DNA of 64,000 bases from the human T2T-CHM13v2.0 reference genome, Homo sapiens. The stretch lies in the NCBI RefSeq assembly GCF_009914755.1, contig NC_060932.1; one strand, written 5' to 3'. Each line of letters begins with the position of its first letter. Within the stretch, counting starts at the first letter, position 1. The position numbers and the translations under genes are program-made. Positions 25,619 to 38,465 of the stretch are shown one piece after another. The notes under the pieces are model-generated. The model was given only the letters and a program-made list of their open reading frames with translations, was not told the DNA's origin and searched no databases.

Positions 25619-26469
25619 GACCTCTAGATCAAAATAAAGTGAACAACCTTGAGGGAAAAGAGAAAAAAACTGTAAGGAAAGGTGAACTTAGCTGAAAAAA
25701 TGATCAAGATGCTAAAAATGGAGATTATAGTGTTCCCAGGTGGAGACACTCTACAAATGGATTGGTGCAATCCTTTCCCCCATGTTATGAAGCTCCTAGC
25801 CTTCAGAGAATGTGTTCTAAATCCTCCCAACATCCCCAACTATTATTACCCCATTAGTACCTTTGTGTGTGTGGGTGTGCTTTGAGACAACTTTTCAGAT
25901 GAAAGATCGTTAAAAACAGAGAGCTCTGTGAAGGCTGAAGATCTGAGAAGGCTCAAGGGCTTAAGTGATTCTGGCTGTGATCAGCAACTGCTGAGATGCC
26001 TGGAATCAGACACAAAACTAATTGAATGGTGGAGAGTTGACAGATAATGGAAAGAGGTACAAGACTGGTCATCTGGAGAAAAACTGATGCTTTGATGAAA
26101 CTTTCCACTTGTTTGCTCTCTACAGGCATGGACTATATTATTCGTGTTTCATTTTTCACCCCTAAAAGCAGCTGGCAGGATGTTAGGTGTAAAGGAGGCA
26201 TGATTGTATTTTTGTAGAAGGAACGTCCATGTTGGATCAGTGATGCTTATCATGCCTACGCAAGCCTTTACCTCTTCAGAGTCTTTCTTTGTAATTTTTT
26301 GGTCTGATATTTCCTCTTTAGCCAGCCTGGGATTCTTCAAGGCTCTCTCACACTGCGCAAAATTCATGGGTGCTATTAAAGTCATGGGTGCTATTAAAGT
26401 GTGTGGGATAACACACTGCCAATGAAGCTTGTTTTAACAACATTGACCTTAGAAACTCAATTGTCCTTA

Positions 26470-26960
26470 GAAATGCTTTAATAGATCCTGATCATCTTCA
26501 GGAAAAAGTCCAAATATCTTATCATCACACTCTAGCCTTTGAGAAACTCCTTCAGTTCATCTCTTACCACTTTTCCGTATCAAACCTTGAAGTCCCCTGA
26601 ATCTGCTATATTTCTGCTAGTTTCTGAACCTTGCACATTCTATTCCTCCCTTTCCAGGAATGTTCTTTCTCCTCCTCCTCCACCAAACTCATGCTTTGCT
26701 ATTTTTTTTTTTTTTTTTTTTTTTAACAATTGAGCTCAGATGCACGTCCCCCTCTGTCCTCTCATAAACCACCATAGCAGTCATCATGGAATCAGAATCA
26801 CGATTCATTCCTTCCTTTTCTTCCATTCTAGATTAAAAGCTGCTTGAGAGTTAGAATTCTAACTTTTTTTTCATCACTATACCCCAAGTTCAAATGGACA
26901 CACCTTGTTTATTCTAGGTGTTCAATAAATTGTTTGTTGAATGAATGAATGAATGAATGA
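26470..26960 (+). mobile_element. L2 3' end with (GAAT)n tail and internal poly-T
   Basis: ctagattaaaagctgcttgagag...ggtgttcaataaattgtttgttgaatgaatgaatgaatgaatga. Confidence 0.8.
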
Positions 26961-27461
26961 GGTGATAGGCTAAAGAGCAATCCAATAAGAGGGCAGAAGA
27001 GCATTTCTCTGTTAAAAACCCCATTCTCTTCATTTCTTCATTGAGGAACTTCACTCAATCACTGTGATTGGAGCCACACTCTGGATCTCTGAAAGCTACT
27101 GCCATTATCAGAGCTTATGTAGGGAAGCCTCACAAGGAAGTGGAAATTCTTAACCTTGGACTCAGGCTGATATTGACAGCATGGATAAAAAATTCAAAAT
27201 AAATGAAAGAAGTAGCTGATCTTGCCTCACCTGTCAATGCTTACCTTTAATAATATATAAGTCAAAAACTTTACGTGCTGCAACTTTTCTCATATCGGGG
27301 GAAAGAAGGTAGAGTTGGGGAGAGACCTATCCCAGCTCATATGGAATTTAGTGTTCCTATGGTTTGAAGTTCAGGTCAAACATTGGATATCCAGGGTCCT
27401 ATAGCTAGTTATGGAAGAGGTGATAAAGGGTGAGTGTCTGGATGACTAGATGAATAAGCAG

Positions 27462-27530
27462 GTGGATGGTTGGATGGATGGTTGGTTGGTTGGTTGGATG
27501 GATGGATGAATGGATGGATAGATGGGAAGA
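27462..27530. repeat. (GGAT/GGTT)n tetranucleotide repeat
   Basis: ggatggttggatggatggttggttggttggttggatggatggatgaatggatggatagatgg. Confidence 0.92.
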
Positions 27531-30059
27531 ATGGTGGGAGAAAAGAAGGCACATTGAGCAAGAAAAATTTATTGAACTTGGTAATTCATTATATAATGGA
27601 GACAGAGGAGGCTGAAAAGTTAAATATAATTAACAGTTTCCAGCCTGGAATACTAGGAGAACCATGATAAAAACTAGAAAAGAGAGAAGGGTAAAAGTGC
27701 TTTAAGAGCACTTCCATGCTTAGGCACAGATGAGAAGTGATTTTGTCTTCCCAACGCTGAAGGATTTATTCTGATTGTAGAGATAAGAGGAGATTTTATT
27801 GGAGAAGATTTCCAAATGTTGCATTGTTCCAATAGGATCTTCAAATTTGCTTTCCACATATTTTGCTCTGCTGAAAGGGTGAAAGAACTGAGTTAGTAGT
27901 GTATGTGTACAAGGATGTATGAGTATAACCTGAAAATGTCTCAGGTGTTCAGGAAAACTGGAGGTTCTGGTACTTAAAGCTTTCTGATTACAAAACCATA
28001 GCCACAGAGAGTTGCAGACATGAGCGTGAAAAGTGGATAAAATCAAAAAGGAAAATGCTTTTATATTCAACAATTAATAGTTATTGCTATAGATGAAAAC
28101 AGGCAATACAAATACAACACATGAAGGGAACAGTGAAAGGACGTATTAAGTCTGACCATGGAGAGAGGGGTAAGTTGGGGAGGGATACAAGGGGTGAGCC
28201 TGTGTCATTGTGCCAGCCCTCCCACAACCACATACAGCATTTGGCAGGACTCCAACTCTGACTCAGGAGTGCCATGGAGTGGGGTTTTGAGTGTGAAAAT
28301 GATGAAGTCATATAGCATTTGCATTAATCAGAATTCACAATCATACCCACGGGGAATGAATTCACCCCTGCCAACCTCCTAAAAGAATAGCTTAAGGGCA
28401 TGTTAACATTAAGCCTAAATTGGGGACTGAAACAGTGCCAAGAGGAAAATTATCTGTAATAAACACCATTTGTCAAGAAAAATGGCCCAGAGTGCACAGA
28501 AGCAGGTAGACCCCTTGGCCAATGGGGGAACCCTAACTGGAGGATTCAGCAGGTGGTCCAAGAGGCAGATGGTCACTTCCTGAATCACAACCACATGTAC
28601 CATGGGGATGTGTTATGGGTCACTTGAGAGCATTCTTGTCAGCAGCTCACCTGCCCGCAAGCCCAGGAAGTCACTCAAGTTTATATATAAAGGAGGAGGG
28701 TAGATATTGTTTGTCCTTCTCTCCTTTTTTTTTTTCTGGAGTAGGGGAGACAAAAAGAGAGCAACAACAAGCTCCTTTTACAAAAACCAAGGACATTAGC
28801 TTTTATTCTTGGACTGACAAAAATAGATTTGGGAAAACATTTTCTGCAACCCAGGAAAATAAGGGAATCTGAATTAGCATTTTGAAATTCAAACTCAAGA
28901 CCTAGGGGGAAGGTTTGAAATCAGGAGTAAGATTTTCCTAGACAGAGAACAAAGGCTGGAGAGTTGCAGAGGAAGGAGCTAAGATAGCTCCCGGGGATTG
29001 GAAAGAGCACCTTTCTGTGTGCTTGAGAAAGGGCACTAGGAGAAAACACTACCTGGCTAAGGAAGTCCGAGGAAATACACGGAAGGGGCTGGAGCCTCAG
29101 ATTTGAACACAAAGCAGCTCTGGCTTCAAACCCCAGCCAGACCATTCACCAACAGGACAGTATGGGAGTGATTTCTTTAACCTCTGGGCTTCGATTTCCT
29201 GCTCTGCAATATATTTACCCTTCGTGGTGTCTGAATACACCATTAAGTCCATGTGAGGCACTCACTTACCAATCAGCACAGAAAGGGAGCCGGGGAGGCT
29301 TCCCGCAGAAGCGTGGTGAAGCCTTTGAGCTAAATTTTAGAGAAAAAGTGGTGGCAGCCATGGAGCTCTGGAGAAGGACTGCAGATTGCAATTGTCTACG
29401 TTTTTCCAGTGTCCTCTTCACCGAGCCTGTCTGGAGTCTCTGTGAGCTGACTCACCCCTCACCTCCCTGGAGCCTCGGAGGCTGAATTTTCAAGGGTGAA
29501 AGGCAGCCCTTCTGTCTCAAAGTAGTTTTTTTTCTTTCCCAATAGATCAGGCAAGCTCATTGCCTGGGGTCTTTAAAGAACAAGTTGTCAGCGGTTAGGC
29601 ATTTTTCACAATGCCTTTTATTTTTTTTTCATCTCTGATAGGTAACCTTGGACAGTCTAAGTGTCAGCTCAGGAATCTCATGGTGACAAGCCCCTCAGCA
29701 GCCTGTCTAAACTCACACTGGGAATAATCAGAGGCAATGGCTGAACTAAGAGGCCCTGGAAGTTGAGGAAGACTTGCTGGAAAGCAAGATCTCTTTGGGT
29801 TTTCCATCTCTGGGAGTTTACCCTGACAAAGAGTAAACTCGCAGATGAGGAGGAACATCCAGAGTAGAAGTTCTTCTGGCAGAGGAGGGGCAGCGTATTG
29901 AAGAGCCTGTCCACCTGCACTGGCCACCATGACCTTTCTTTACATACCTGAGCATCTTGCTAGGACATCTGATGTGTGCCAGGCATGGGGCTGGGCTCCA
30001 GAGCCACGAAGGTGAATAATTGTTGTCTCTCCATCTCTAGGGTTTAGACCTCTATTGAA

Positions 30060-30090
30060 GACACACACACACATACATACACACACACAC
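30060..30090. repeat. (CA)n microsatellite, interrupted
   Basis: acacacacacacatacatacacacacacac. Confidence 0.92.
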
Positions 30091-30870
30091 GCCAGCGCAG
30101 CATGACATTTTTAGTGAGTGGCAAGACCAACCACTAGAGGCTGAAATCAGAAATTTGGTTGTCGTCTTTGATACCTTCCCACGTAGAAAAAAGTCAGCCC
30201 ACGATGTATCTTCTGAGAAGAGGCAGCCCACATGGAAGATACGGGATGTACACTCCCTCTTTGTTGATGTAGCCATAAGACTGAGTGTTTAATGCCCTCA
30301 AGGAGAGCTTATTTGTACATGAAAAGTCACTCACAAATTATCTTGATTTGAAAAGTTAATATTGAATGTATAAAGTTTAAAAATAAAGTTGTGTTCTTTC
30401 TCAAGCTTTTACTTTCAGCTTATAAATATTATTCTTATGTTTGTAAAAGTCTAGCAAAAATTAACAATCACTTAAAAGGAGACCTTGATTAATATATACG
30501 TCCCATTTATAAACTTTAAGGTTTTCAATTGTCTTTATAATTTTGATACATTCTATTTTTAGTACTTTAACAAAATTTCTCATGTGCTCAAGTCTTATCA
30601 CTCTAATAGATTACATTAAACTCATAAACATAGTGATTCTTATGGTATTGAAAATATTCAAGTACTGTATATAAATCCAGTAAAAATTCAACTTAAGTCC
30701 AAATCAATTACTAAATTATTCGTTTTAATTGTGATCACAAAGTTTAACTGCTATTCCAATAAACCAAACTCTCTTAAGTACAAGAATTTCTATATGAGTC
30801 ATACATTGCTCTTAGAATAATGAATTAATAAAAACTATATATTATTTTTTGGTAAAAGTGTGTCCACAAG

Positions 30871-31100
30871 TGTATATATGTATATGTATATATACACACA
30901 CACACACAGTATATATATACACACACTATATATATATATACACTATATATATACTCACACCATATACATATATACACAATATACACTATATATACACTAT
31001 ATATATACACGCTATATATATATACACTATATATACATACACTGTATATATACACACACACTATATATATACACACTATATATATATATACACACACACT
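30871..31100. repeat. Compound (TA)n/(CA)n minisatellite-like array
   Basis: About 230 bp of recurring cactatatatatac(ac)-type units; the source of the I/Y/T/H-rich ORFs. Confidence 0.95.
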
Positions 31101-31569
31101 AGAATATTAGCAATTGTTAATTCTGGCTGGCGGGCTTTTGACTGATTTTTATTTTTTTATTCAAACCTTTCTCTTTTTTCCAATGAATGTGTATCACTTT
31201 TTAATCCAGGGAAAGACATAATTTTGAAAACCTTTTTAGGTGCTTGTTCTGAGATGGATCTTAGGCTTGGTCCCATGGGGTTGTCCCCAGATGTCTAGAG
31301 CCTCTGTGTAACCTCCTTCCTGGGTCAATTGGAGCCTCAACCCACCTGCTGCTCAGGCCTCATGGTACATGAATTTGATGACTCGTTTTGTGCACAGATA
31401 CTTCTTGTTTCAGGCTCTAAGGTTTATTATTACTAGGGTTTAATAAAGAGAGGAAACAGAGCCATACTTCATAGTCTGAGCATTATGGGCTATAAGCAAA
31501 TTCAAGTTAAATTTAAGAAAAGCATTGATTAGAAGCTGTTCCCTCGAGGCCTGCTGGACAAGTTCACTG

Positions 31570-32080
31570 CTTAACTGGGTAACTGATTGCCTGACTGTCA
31601 GAGTGACTGAAAGACCAATGAATAAATGAATAAAAACATGAATGAAAAAATGATTTAGCGACTAGCCTTAAATGTTTGAATATATGTGCAAATGAATGGG
31701 TAAAATGACTAATTATGTAATCACCGATTGACTGACAGAAGCAAGGACTAGCTTGATAAATGAATGAGTCAAAGAGTCAAATGACTGCCTGGGGCTAAAT
31801 GCGTGTGAATAATTAATTGGCTGAATAACAGTCACAATTGAATGGATGAAAGAGTACATGACGGACAATGTATGAGTGGCTAAACTGTTGACCGACAGAC
31901 TGAGTCAATGAATAGGTGAATGAAAGAGTGAGTGACGGAGTGAGTGAATTAAAGGATTGTCTGACTTCCTGATTGTATGTATGTGGATTAGTTGACTGAC
32001 TGAATAATGGTGCTTCAGAACAACAAAACAATTGAAGGACTACAATAAATGAGAACCTGACTGAATGAAGGAAGGACATT
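31570..32080. repeat. Highly degenerate (GAAT/GACT/GAGT)n array
   Basis: Recurrent tgaa/tgac/tgag 4-mers over ~500 bp (gactgattgcctgact..., aatgaatgagtc..., gagtgagtgacggagtgagtgaat...). Confidence 0.7.
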
Positions 32081-33925
32081 TGAAGGAGAGAGCCTATCAC
32101 TGGAACTGTTTACCTTGAGGTTGTCATGCCTTCCTCCCAGCACAGCAGCTTCAGCCCAGTCCTGTGCAGCCACCTCCCTCAGTGTTCCTGGGTACCTGAG
32201 TCCCACTGGGCAATGACCAAGAGCCCTCCATGTTGCCTGGCCTAGGTCCCTTTTTTTCACTTCATTTGTGGGTGGAAACTGACCCAGGTTTGGGCATATT
32301 CTTGCCCTTAGGATTTTTTAACAAGTCTTGACTTCTTGGGATTGTCCCATGATATCTAAGAACACTGGGTCAGACTTGAATCTCAGGTCATTCCACTCCT
32401 GGGCACATTGGAAAGGATCTGGAATGCAAATCTTGGCTGGGGTCCTTCCCAGCCTCTGGTGGAAGACATTGAGACCTTCGATTCTAAGGACATTCTCTGT
32501 TGGGTGAGAGGTTCTATGGCACCAGGAGCTCTGTCTGGAGGCCCAGACCTCATCCACCTCAGTACATGGGGGCTGATGATCTGTGCAAGTTTATTCTCAG
32601 GCAATGTTTACCTGTTCGCTCTTTTACTGTCAACTCACTTGGTTTGGTCTTATTCCTCTAGCTTACCTGAAGCAGATTAATCCTTAAAAGAGTTTTTGTT
32701 TAAATAAACTCTTCCCTAGTGATCCATTCAGACTCAGCATCTGGGGACACAGCCTCCCACCCCTTCTCTCCTGCCAGCTTGAAGCTGCCTCCACAAAGAG
32801 AAAGATTTTGCTAAAAGGAGGCTGTATGTATTATCAAAAGATTAGTTAATTGGGAGCTCACTGAATGCCTCTTGTTTATCAGTTTCAAATCACACAGTGG
32901 ATCTATTTATATTTGTTAAAGGAGCATTTTAGTAGGGTCTTTATTCTTGAAGGGAAGCTCGGAGGTAAGTTACCCCCGAAACTCAGAGTGAAAACCTGCC
33001 AAAATTTATGGGAAAGAGGCTGAAAATAGACATAATGTTTATTCATTAGGAGCCTCTCTGAGCGTGTTATCAGCTGTTGGCATGGAATTGGAACATCACC
33101 TATGAATGCCAGGCTGGAGTGAGGGTGAGGCTGACACGACCATGGAGACAGGACTTGATGACTGTGTGAAAAATCATCCTACTTGGTTTAAACCTAATAA
33201 ACAAGAAATCCTAATTAGATGTCGACTTCCCCCTCAGGATTTGCAGAGCAGGCTTAACTTCTCCCAGGATCTTTGCAAGTGTGAATAGTCACTCTAATCC
33301 TGGGAATAGGACAGAGAATTAAACCAAGTTTATCCCTCTCTCTATCCAGCGTACCCTTCTGCTTCCCATTCTTGCAATTCCCACAAACTACTGGACTGTA
33401 GCTTCACACCTATTTTACTTACCCTGTGCAGTGTCTGGCACATGACTAGTTTTGATAAGTGATTGTTGATGATGTCAATAAATAAAAGAAAGTATAACCC
33501 AATTCATCCTCCAAAGCTTGGATCAAATTCCCATCATCATTTAATCTTTCCTGACCCCACTTACAACATGGCACAAAAGAAGCATCAAGAGCCTTAGAGT
33601 CAGGTCAACTTAGTTTCATACTGCAGTTCCTGCACTAATTAGTTGTGTGTTTAACTTCTCTCAGCCTGTTTCTTCTTCCTTATTATCACTATAATCACCA
33701 TCATCACAATAATGACTCCTGTTGAGAGTTTATCATGTGCCAGTTTTGCACATGGTATGGGTCATCTTTTAATCTTCATAAAACTATTATGTAAGTTCTA
33801 GTATCTTCAATGTACAGACGAAGAAATTGAGACACATGGAGAACGAGCAATGGTAGTAGCTACCTCTTTATAAAACTTACTGTTTGCCAGCCACTGCTCT
33901 TAGCATTTTTAAAGCCACTCAATCA

Positions 33926-34039
33926 TAAAACACCCAGTGTGGGCCAGTTTGTCTACAGATATCCTAAATTTAGCACTGAAATTTCTACATCCTGAGAAAA
34001 CCCTCAGTCCTGGGCAAGTAGGACAATTGGTTTGCTCTA
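33926..34039 (-). mobile_element. MER81 hAT-Blackjack MITE within a MIR cluster
   Basis: tttagcactgaaa...aaaccctcagtcctgggcaag...ggacaattgg matches the reverse complement of MER81. Confidence 0.75.
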
Positions 34040-34200
34040 CTCAATTCTCATAACCAAATGTGAGAAAGGTATTATTCCTCCAACTTACAGATGAAGAAAT
34101 TGAGGCACAAGAGGTTAAGTAACTTTCCCAAGTCCATACCTAGAGCTAATAAATGGCACAACAAGGCCATCGGTCCCAGAGTTTAGCCACTGCACTCTGC
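34040..34200 (-). mobile_element. MIR SINE
   Basis: ttacagatgaagaaattgaggcacaagaggttaagtaactttcccaagtc MIR core, antisense. Confidence 0.85.
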
Positions 34201-34893
34201 TTTCTCCCAGGAAGAAAAAGGGAAATAATTTCTCTTTCATTAGATTCTTAGAGGCAATACATGCTCTCTAACATGTAGTAAGGGTATAGTATATAGCTTA
34301 CTTTTCTGCCCCTTCACTTCAAAACTCCTGCTTTATCTTCATCTTTATTTTAAAGGGCCTCAAAGAATCACACTAGCTGGTCTCCACTTTCTAACTTTCC
34401 ATTCACTTCCAACCTGTCCCAGTCTTACATCTGCCCCCATTACTTGTCTGAGAAAGAACTCTACCCGAAGGTCATCAAATGGCCCATGGATTGTTTTATC
34501 CATTGGTCTCTCCAAAGCCCCCATTCTACTTCCCTGAACTATAAGAGATGGTCTGTGTGTTTGTTAAATTAAAGCAAATAGAAATGAATTGAGTTGGAAT
34601 AAATCCCAAGGCATTTTACAACCCTGATCTCTCCTTCTTTTTTTAAAAAAATTTTTTTCCTTGGTTCCCATGACTGAATTTTCACATGTCTGAATGCTCT
34701 CTGTCAGACTTCATTGATCCCCTTTACCTTTCGTCTTCTTAAATGTTGCTGTTCAGGGTCTTCATCTGGCCTCCTTTGTTCTCGCTATGTAGTCTCTCAC
34801 TAAGTTATCTCATTCACTTCCTGGACTTAACTGCCATATTTATAATGCTAAAGTTCCCATTCCTTTCTCCTGAATTTCAGACACATATAAAAA

Positions 34894-35259
34894 TGCATTA
34901 ATAAGAATAGCATAGGTTATGTTGCAGTAATAAATAAACCCCCAAATCTCAAAAATTTTATATATCAAATACATATTTCTTGCTCATGATGCATGTCCAA
35001 CACAAGTCAGTCAGAGACCCAGGCTGGTGGATGCTCTGCCACCTCCAAACACGTGTCCTCCTTAGTCCCTGTGGCAGCAACATTGTGAGCTGGAGGGTTG
35101 TGCAATAACTCTCAAATACTTTGGCCTGGAAGGGGCACAGATCACTTCTGCCCCCAGTCCATTAGCAAAAACTAGTCATATGACCCTGCTTAATTGAAAG
35201 GATGCTGGGAAATGTAAGAAAGCTCATGGACATAGAGTGGGCAGTAAATGCCTCTGCCA
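34894..35259 (-). mobile_element. MLT1K/L-like LTR inserted in L2
   Basis: aggttatgttgcagtaataaataaacccccaaatctc...cagagacccaggctg...ttggcctggaagg...gatgctgggaaatgta...ctctgcca. Confidence 0.7.
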
Positions 35260-35719
35260 GCTCGGCTGGCTCCTAGACATCCCACATAGCCTTTAGCAAG
35301 GTAGTTCAGATTTAGCAATTTTCCCATGGAAGTCAATACCTTCTACCAAACTGTTCCATCTCCTGTATTTCTAATCTTTTAAAAGAAAAGGGTCAATCTC
35401 AGCACTGTATCTGGAGCTGTAACTTGCCTCTGCTCCCCTACTTTAGGCCACTTGTGAAACCTGACTTATTTTATCTCCTTGATTTTCCTTGTCCTTGACT
35501 TCTTTGAATCTAAGCCTACTTGCCTGTTCCTAACCCATTAGTCTAAATTTGCTTCTCAACAGCTCTTTGCTGGATTTCTGAAGTGTCTCCTATTACTCCA
35601 GCTGTTCACACTCCTTCTCTAATTCATCCTTCCTAAGGCTGCCAGAGTGGGCTTTGTTTGTTTTTCCTAGAGTGCTAATCCAAGCACACAATGTCCCTGC
35701 TTAAATACCGTTAATGTCT

Positions 35720-36655
35720 ATAACCTTTTGAAACTCAACTGGTCCAAAACCTAACTTCTTATCTTCTCCCTCAAATCTCCTCCCCAGAAAGTTCCCCCAT
35801 CTCAGGTAAAGGAGCTCCATTCTTTAGTTGCTCAGCCAAAATCCTTGACGTTATCTTTGGTTTTTCTCTTTTTCTCCCATTGCACATCCTATCAATTAGA
35901 AAATCCTATTTGCTTTACTTTTATAAGATATCCAGAATCCAATCAATTCTCACTAGCTCTCTCACTCTGGTCCAAGCCACCAACATATTTCACTTGGATC
36001 AATGCAAGAGACTTCTAATTAGTCCCTTGCTTCTATTTTTGCCCCTTTCCATCTATCTCATACAGATCAGTAAGAGAGACCCTTTCATAAATAAGTCAGT
36101 CAATCACTTCAGTGCTCAAAACCCTCCCATGGCTCCAGATATCATTCAGGGCAAAAGCCAAAGACCTCAGGATCTCACAATCTGGATACCAGATGATCCC
36201 ATCTTGGACAGACATTCGCTTCCAGGACTCTCCCTTTGGATCACTCCATGTGGTCACACTGATCTCCTTTTTCTTCTTTGAATTCACCAAAGTCCTTTGC
36301 TTCCAGGCCTTTACTATTCTCTTGGCCTGGAGAATAACCCCAGATCCTCAGGACTGGATCCCACCCTTCGGGTCTTTCGTCACATACCATCTTCTCTATA
36401 AAAGCCTTCCTTCAAGGCTGATGTAAAATTCATCCTCTCCCATTGGCCACTCCCTGCCTTACTTTTTATCCATGCGCTTATCACCATCTAACACACCACA
36501 CGGTTCTTCTTCTTTATCTTGTTTATCATCTGTCTCTCTCAGGAGAAGGTAAACTACATAGAGACAGGACTTTGCTGTCTACGCCTTTACTGATAGATAC
36601 TTAGTGCCTTAAAGACTGCCTGGGACATAATAGGTGTGCAATATATATATTTTAA
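35720..36655 (+). mobile_element. L2a 3' portion
   Basis: aactcaactggtccaaaacctaact...gttgctcagccaaaatccttga...ctggtccaagccacc...gctcaaaaccctccc...actgcctgggacataataggtgtgcaata. Confidence 0.88.
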
Positions 36656-37489
36656 GTTGTCCTGAAGGTAATGGCTAATCTTCTTAGTACAGCCTTCCCC
36701 TATTTGTGCAATTTCTTTGCTGGCCATCCTACCTTCTTCTTCCTGGTTTTAACCCAGGATTTCTAAATTACAATCTGGACAATGCCCATCCTGCCAGCAT
36801 AGATACGTTTTAAAAATGTTTGGGAAATACTTCATATTCTTGACCCTCCCACCACCCCACAAAATTGGCTAAGTTTCATAATACATAATGGCATAATGGA
36901 AAATTCAAGAAGTACTGCAAAATGTTTAATTTTGTTTCTAAGCTTACCTGTTAGTGAAATCCTTTTAGATGATTTGTAGTAGTATCCTGTGCAATTATAG
37001 TTCCAGTGTGTGGCTTTTCTGCTGTATTGGATCTTTTAGTTATCAGAATGTATCATATTACTTATTTCGTCTCATTGTGTTTTCTCATTCTTGAATTTTC
37101 AAATGCCTCTATGCTACACGCATATACACACACACCCATGCACACACTCACATGCATGCACATACTCAAGCACACACGCTCACTGTCCAGAGCAAACAAC
37201 TACTTCTTTCTTCCTTTATCCAAGTGGTCACTTCCTCTATGAAGCCCACTTTGATCCCCTACTCCTCTAAACTACTTTTTTTCTCTCGTGCCTGCATCAT
37301 GGCCTGGACAGTTGCTGATCAGAGCATCCCACTTAGTTAATTCCAGGTATGTAATCACTTGTCTGCCTTCCTGATTAGCTGTAGCTTCCCAAAGGCATGT
37401 GCGGTATCATTTCATCATTATATGCATGGCATGCAACCTGCTACCTCCCACATAGAAGGGTGACCTTCATCAATAGAAACGGCAACCTT

Positions 37490-37904
37490 ATGGGTCTTCT
37501 GGAGTTAGGCCATAAGAATCCTTGAAAGCTTCTGCCTGGTTCTCTTGCATCTCTTGCTGTCAATACTTTCCCTTTCCAAATCCGTCCACATCCACCATCT
37601 GTGAGAAGCCCAAGGCATGTAAGGAAGCCTTTTGTAGGTATTCTGATAAAGAATCCCAGCTGAACTCCCAGCTGACAGCCAGTAGTACCTGGCAGCCAGG
37701 GGATGAGCCATGTTGGGCGTCCAGACATGTTTGGCCTTCAGATGGCTGCAGTCCCAGCCACTCTCTGCCTGTCACACATGGAGACCCCAAGTGAGAACCA
37801 TTCAGCTGAGTCCAGTCAACCCGCAGAATCAAGAAAGATAAAATTATTATATTAACCCATTAATTTTGGTAGTAATTTATTAGACAGCAGTAGGTAAATG
37901 GAAT
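37490..37904 (+). mobile_element. MLT1H-like MaLR LTR
   Basis: cccagctgaactcccagctgacagccag...ccttcagatggctgcagtcccagcc...gagaccccaagtgagaacc...cagcagtaggtaaatggaata. Confidence 0.75.
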
Positions 37905-38079
37905 AGTTGTCCCATCCCGCCTTGCCATGCAACATGTAAACAAGCTTGGTTTAAACTTCCCCTTTGTGGGCAACCCTGCTTTTTCTAATGAAGTAACTTT
38001 GGAATGTGAAGCACATCCTTTCCTATTCAAAAAGTCTTGTAAGCTCTTAGATCTGCTAATTAGGAGTAATCCCCTTTAG

Positions 38080-38465
<386 letters not shown>

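Noticed and set aside
29615-29955. Acceptor-like site on + (tttttttcatctctgatag) and donor-like site on - (cag|gtatgt)
   Set aside because: They are on opposite strands and give no coherent exon structure.
30825-31145. Overlapping Y/I/T/H/V-rich ORFs
   Set aside because: Artefacts of the TA/CA array.
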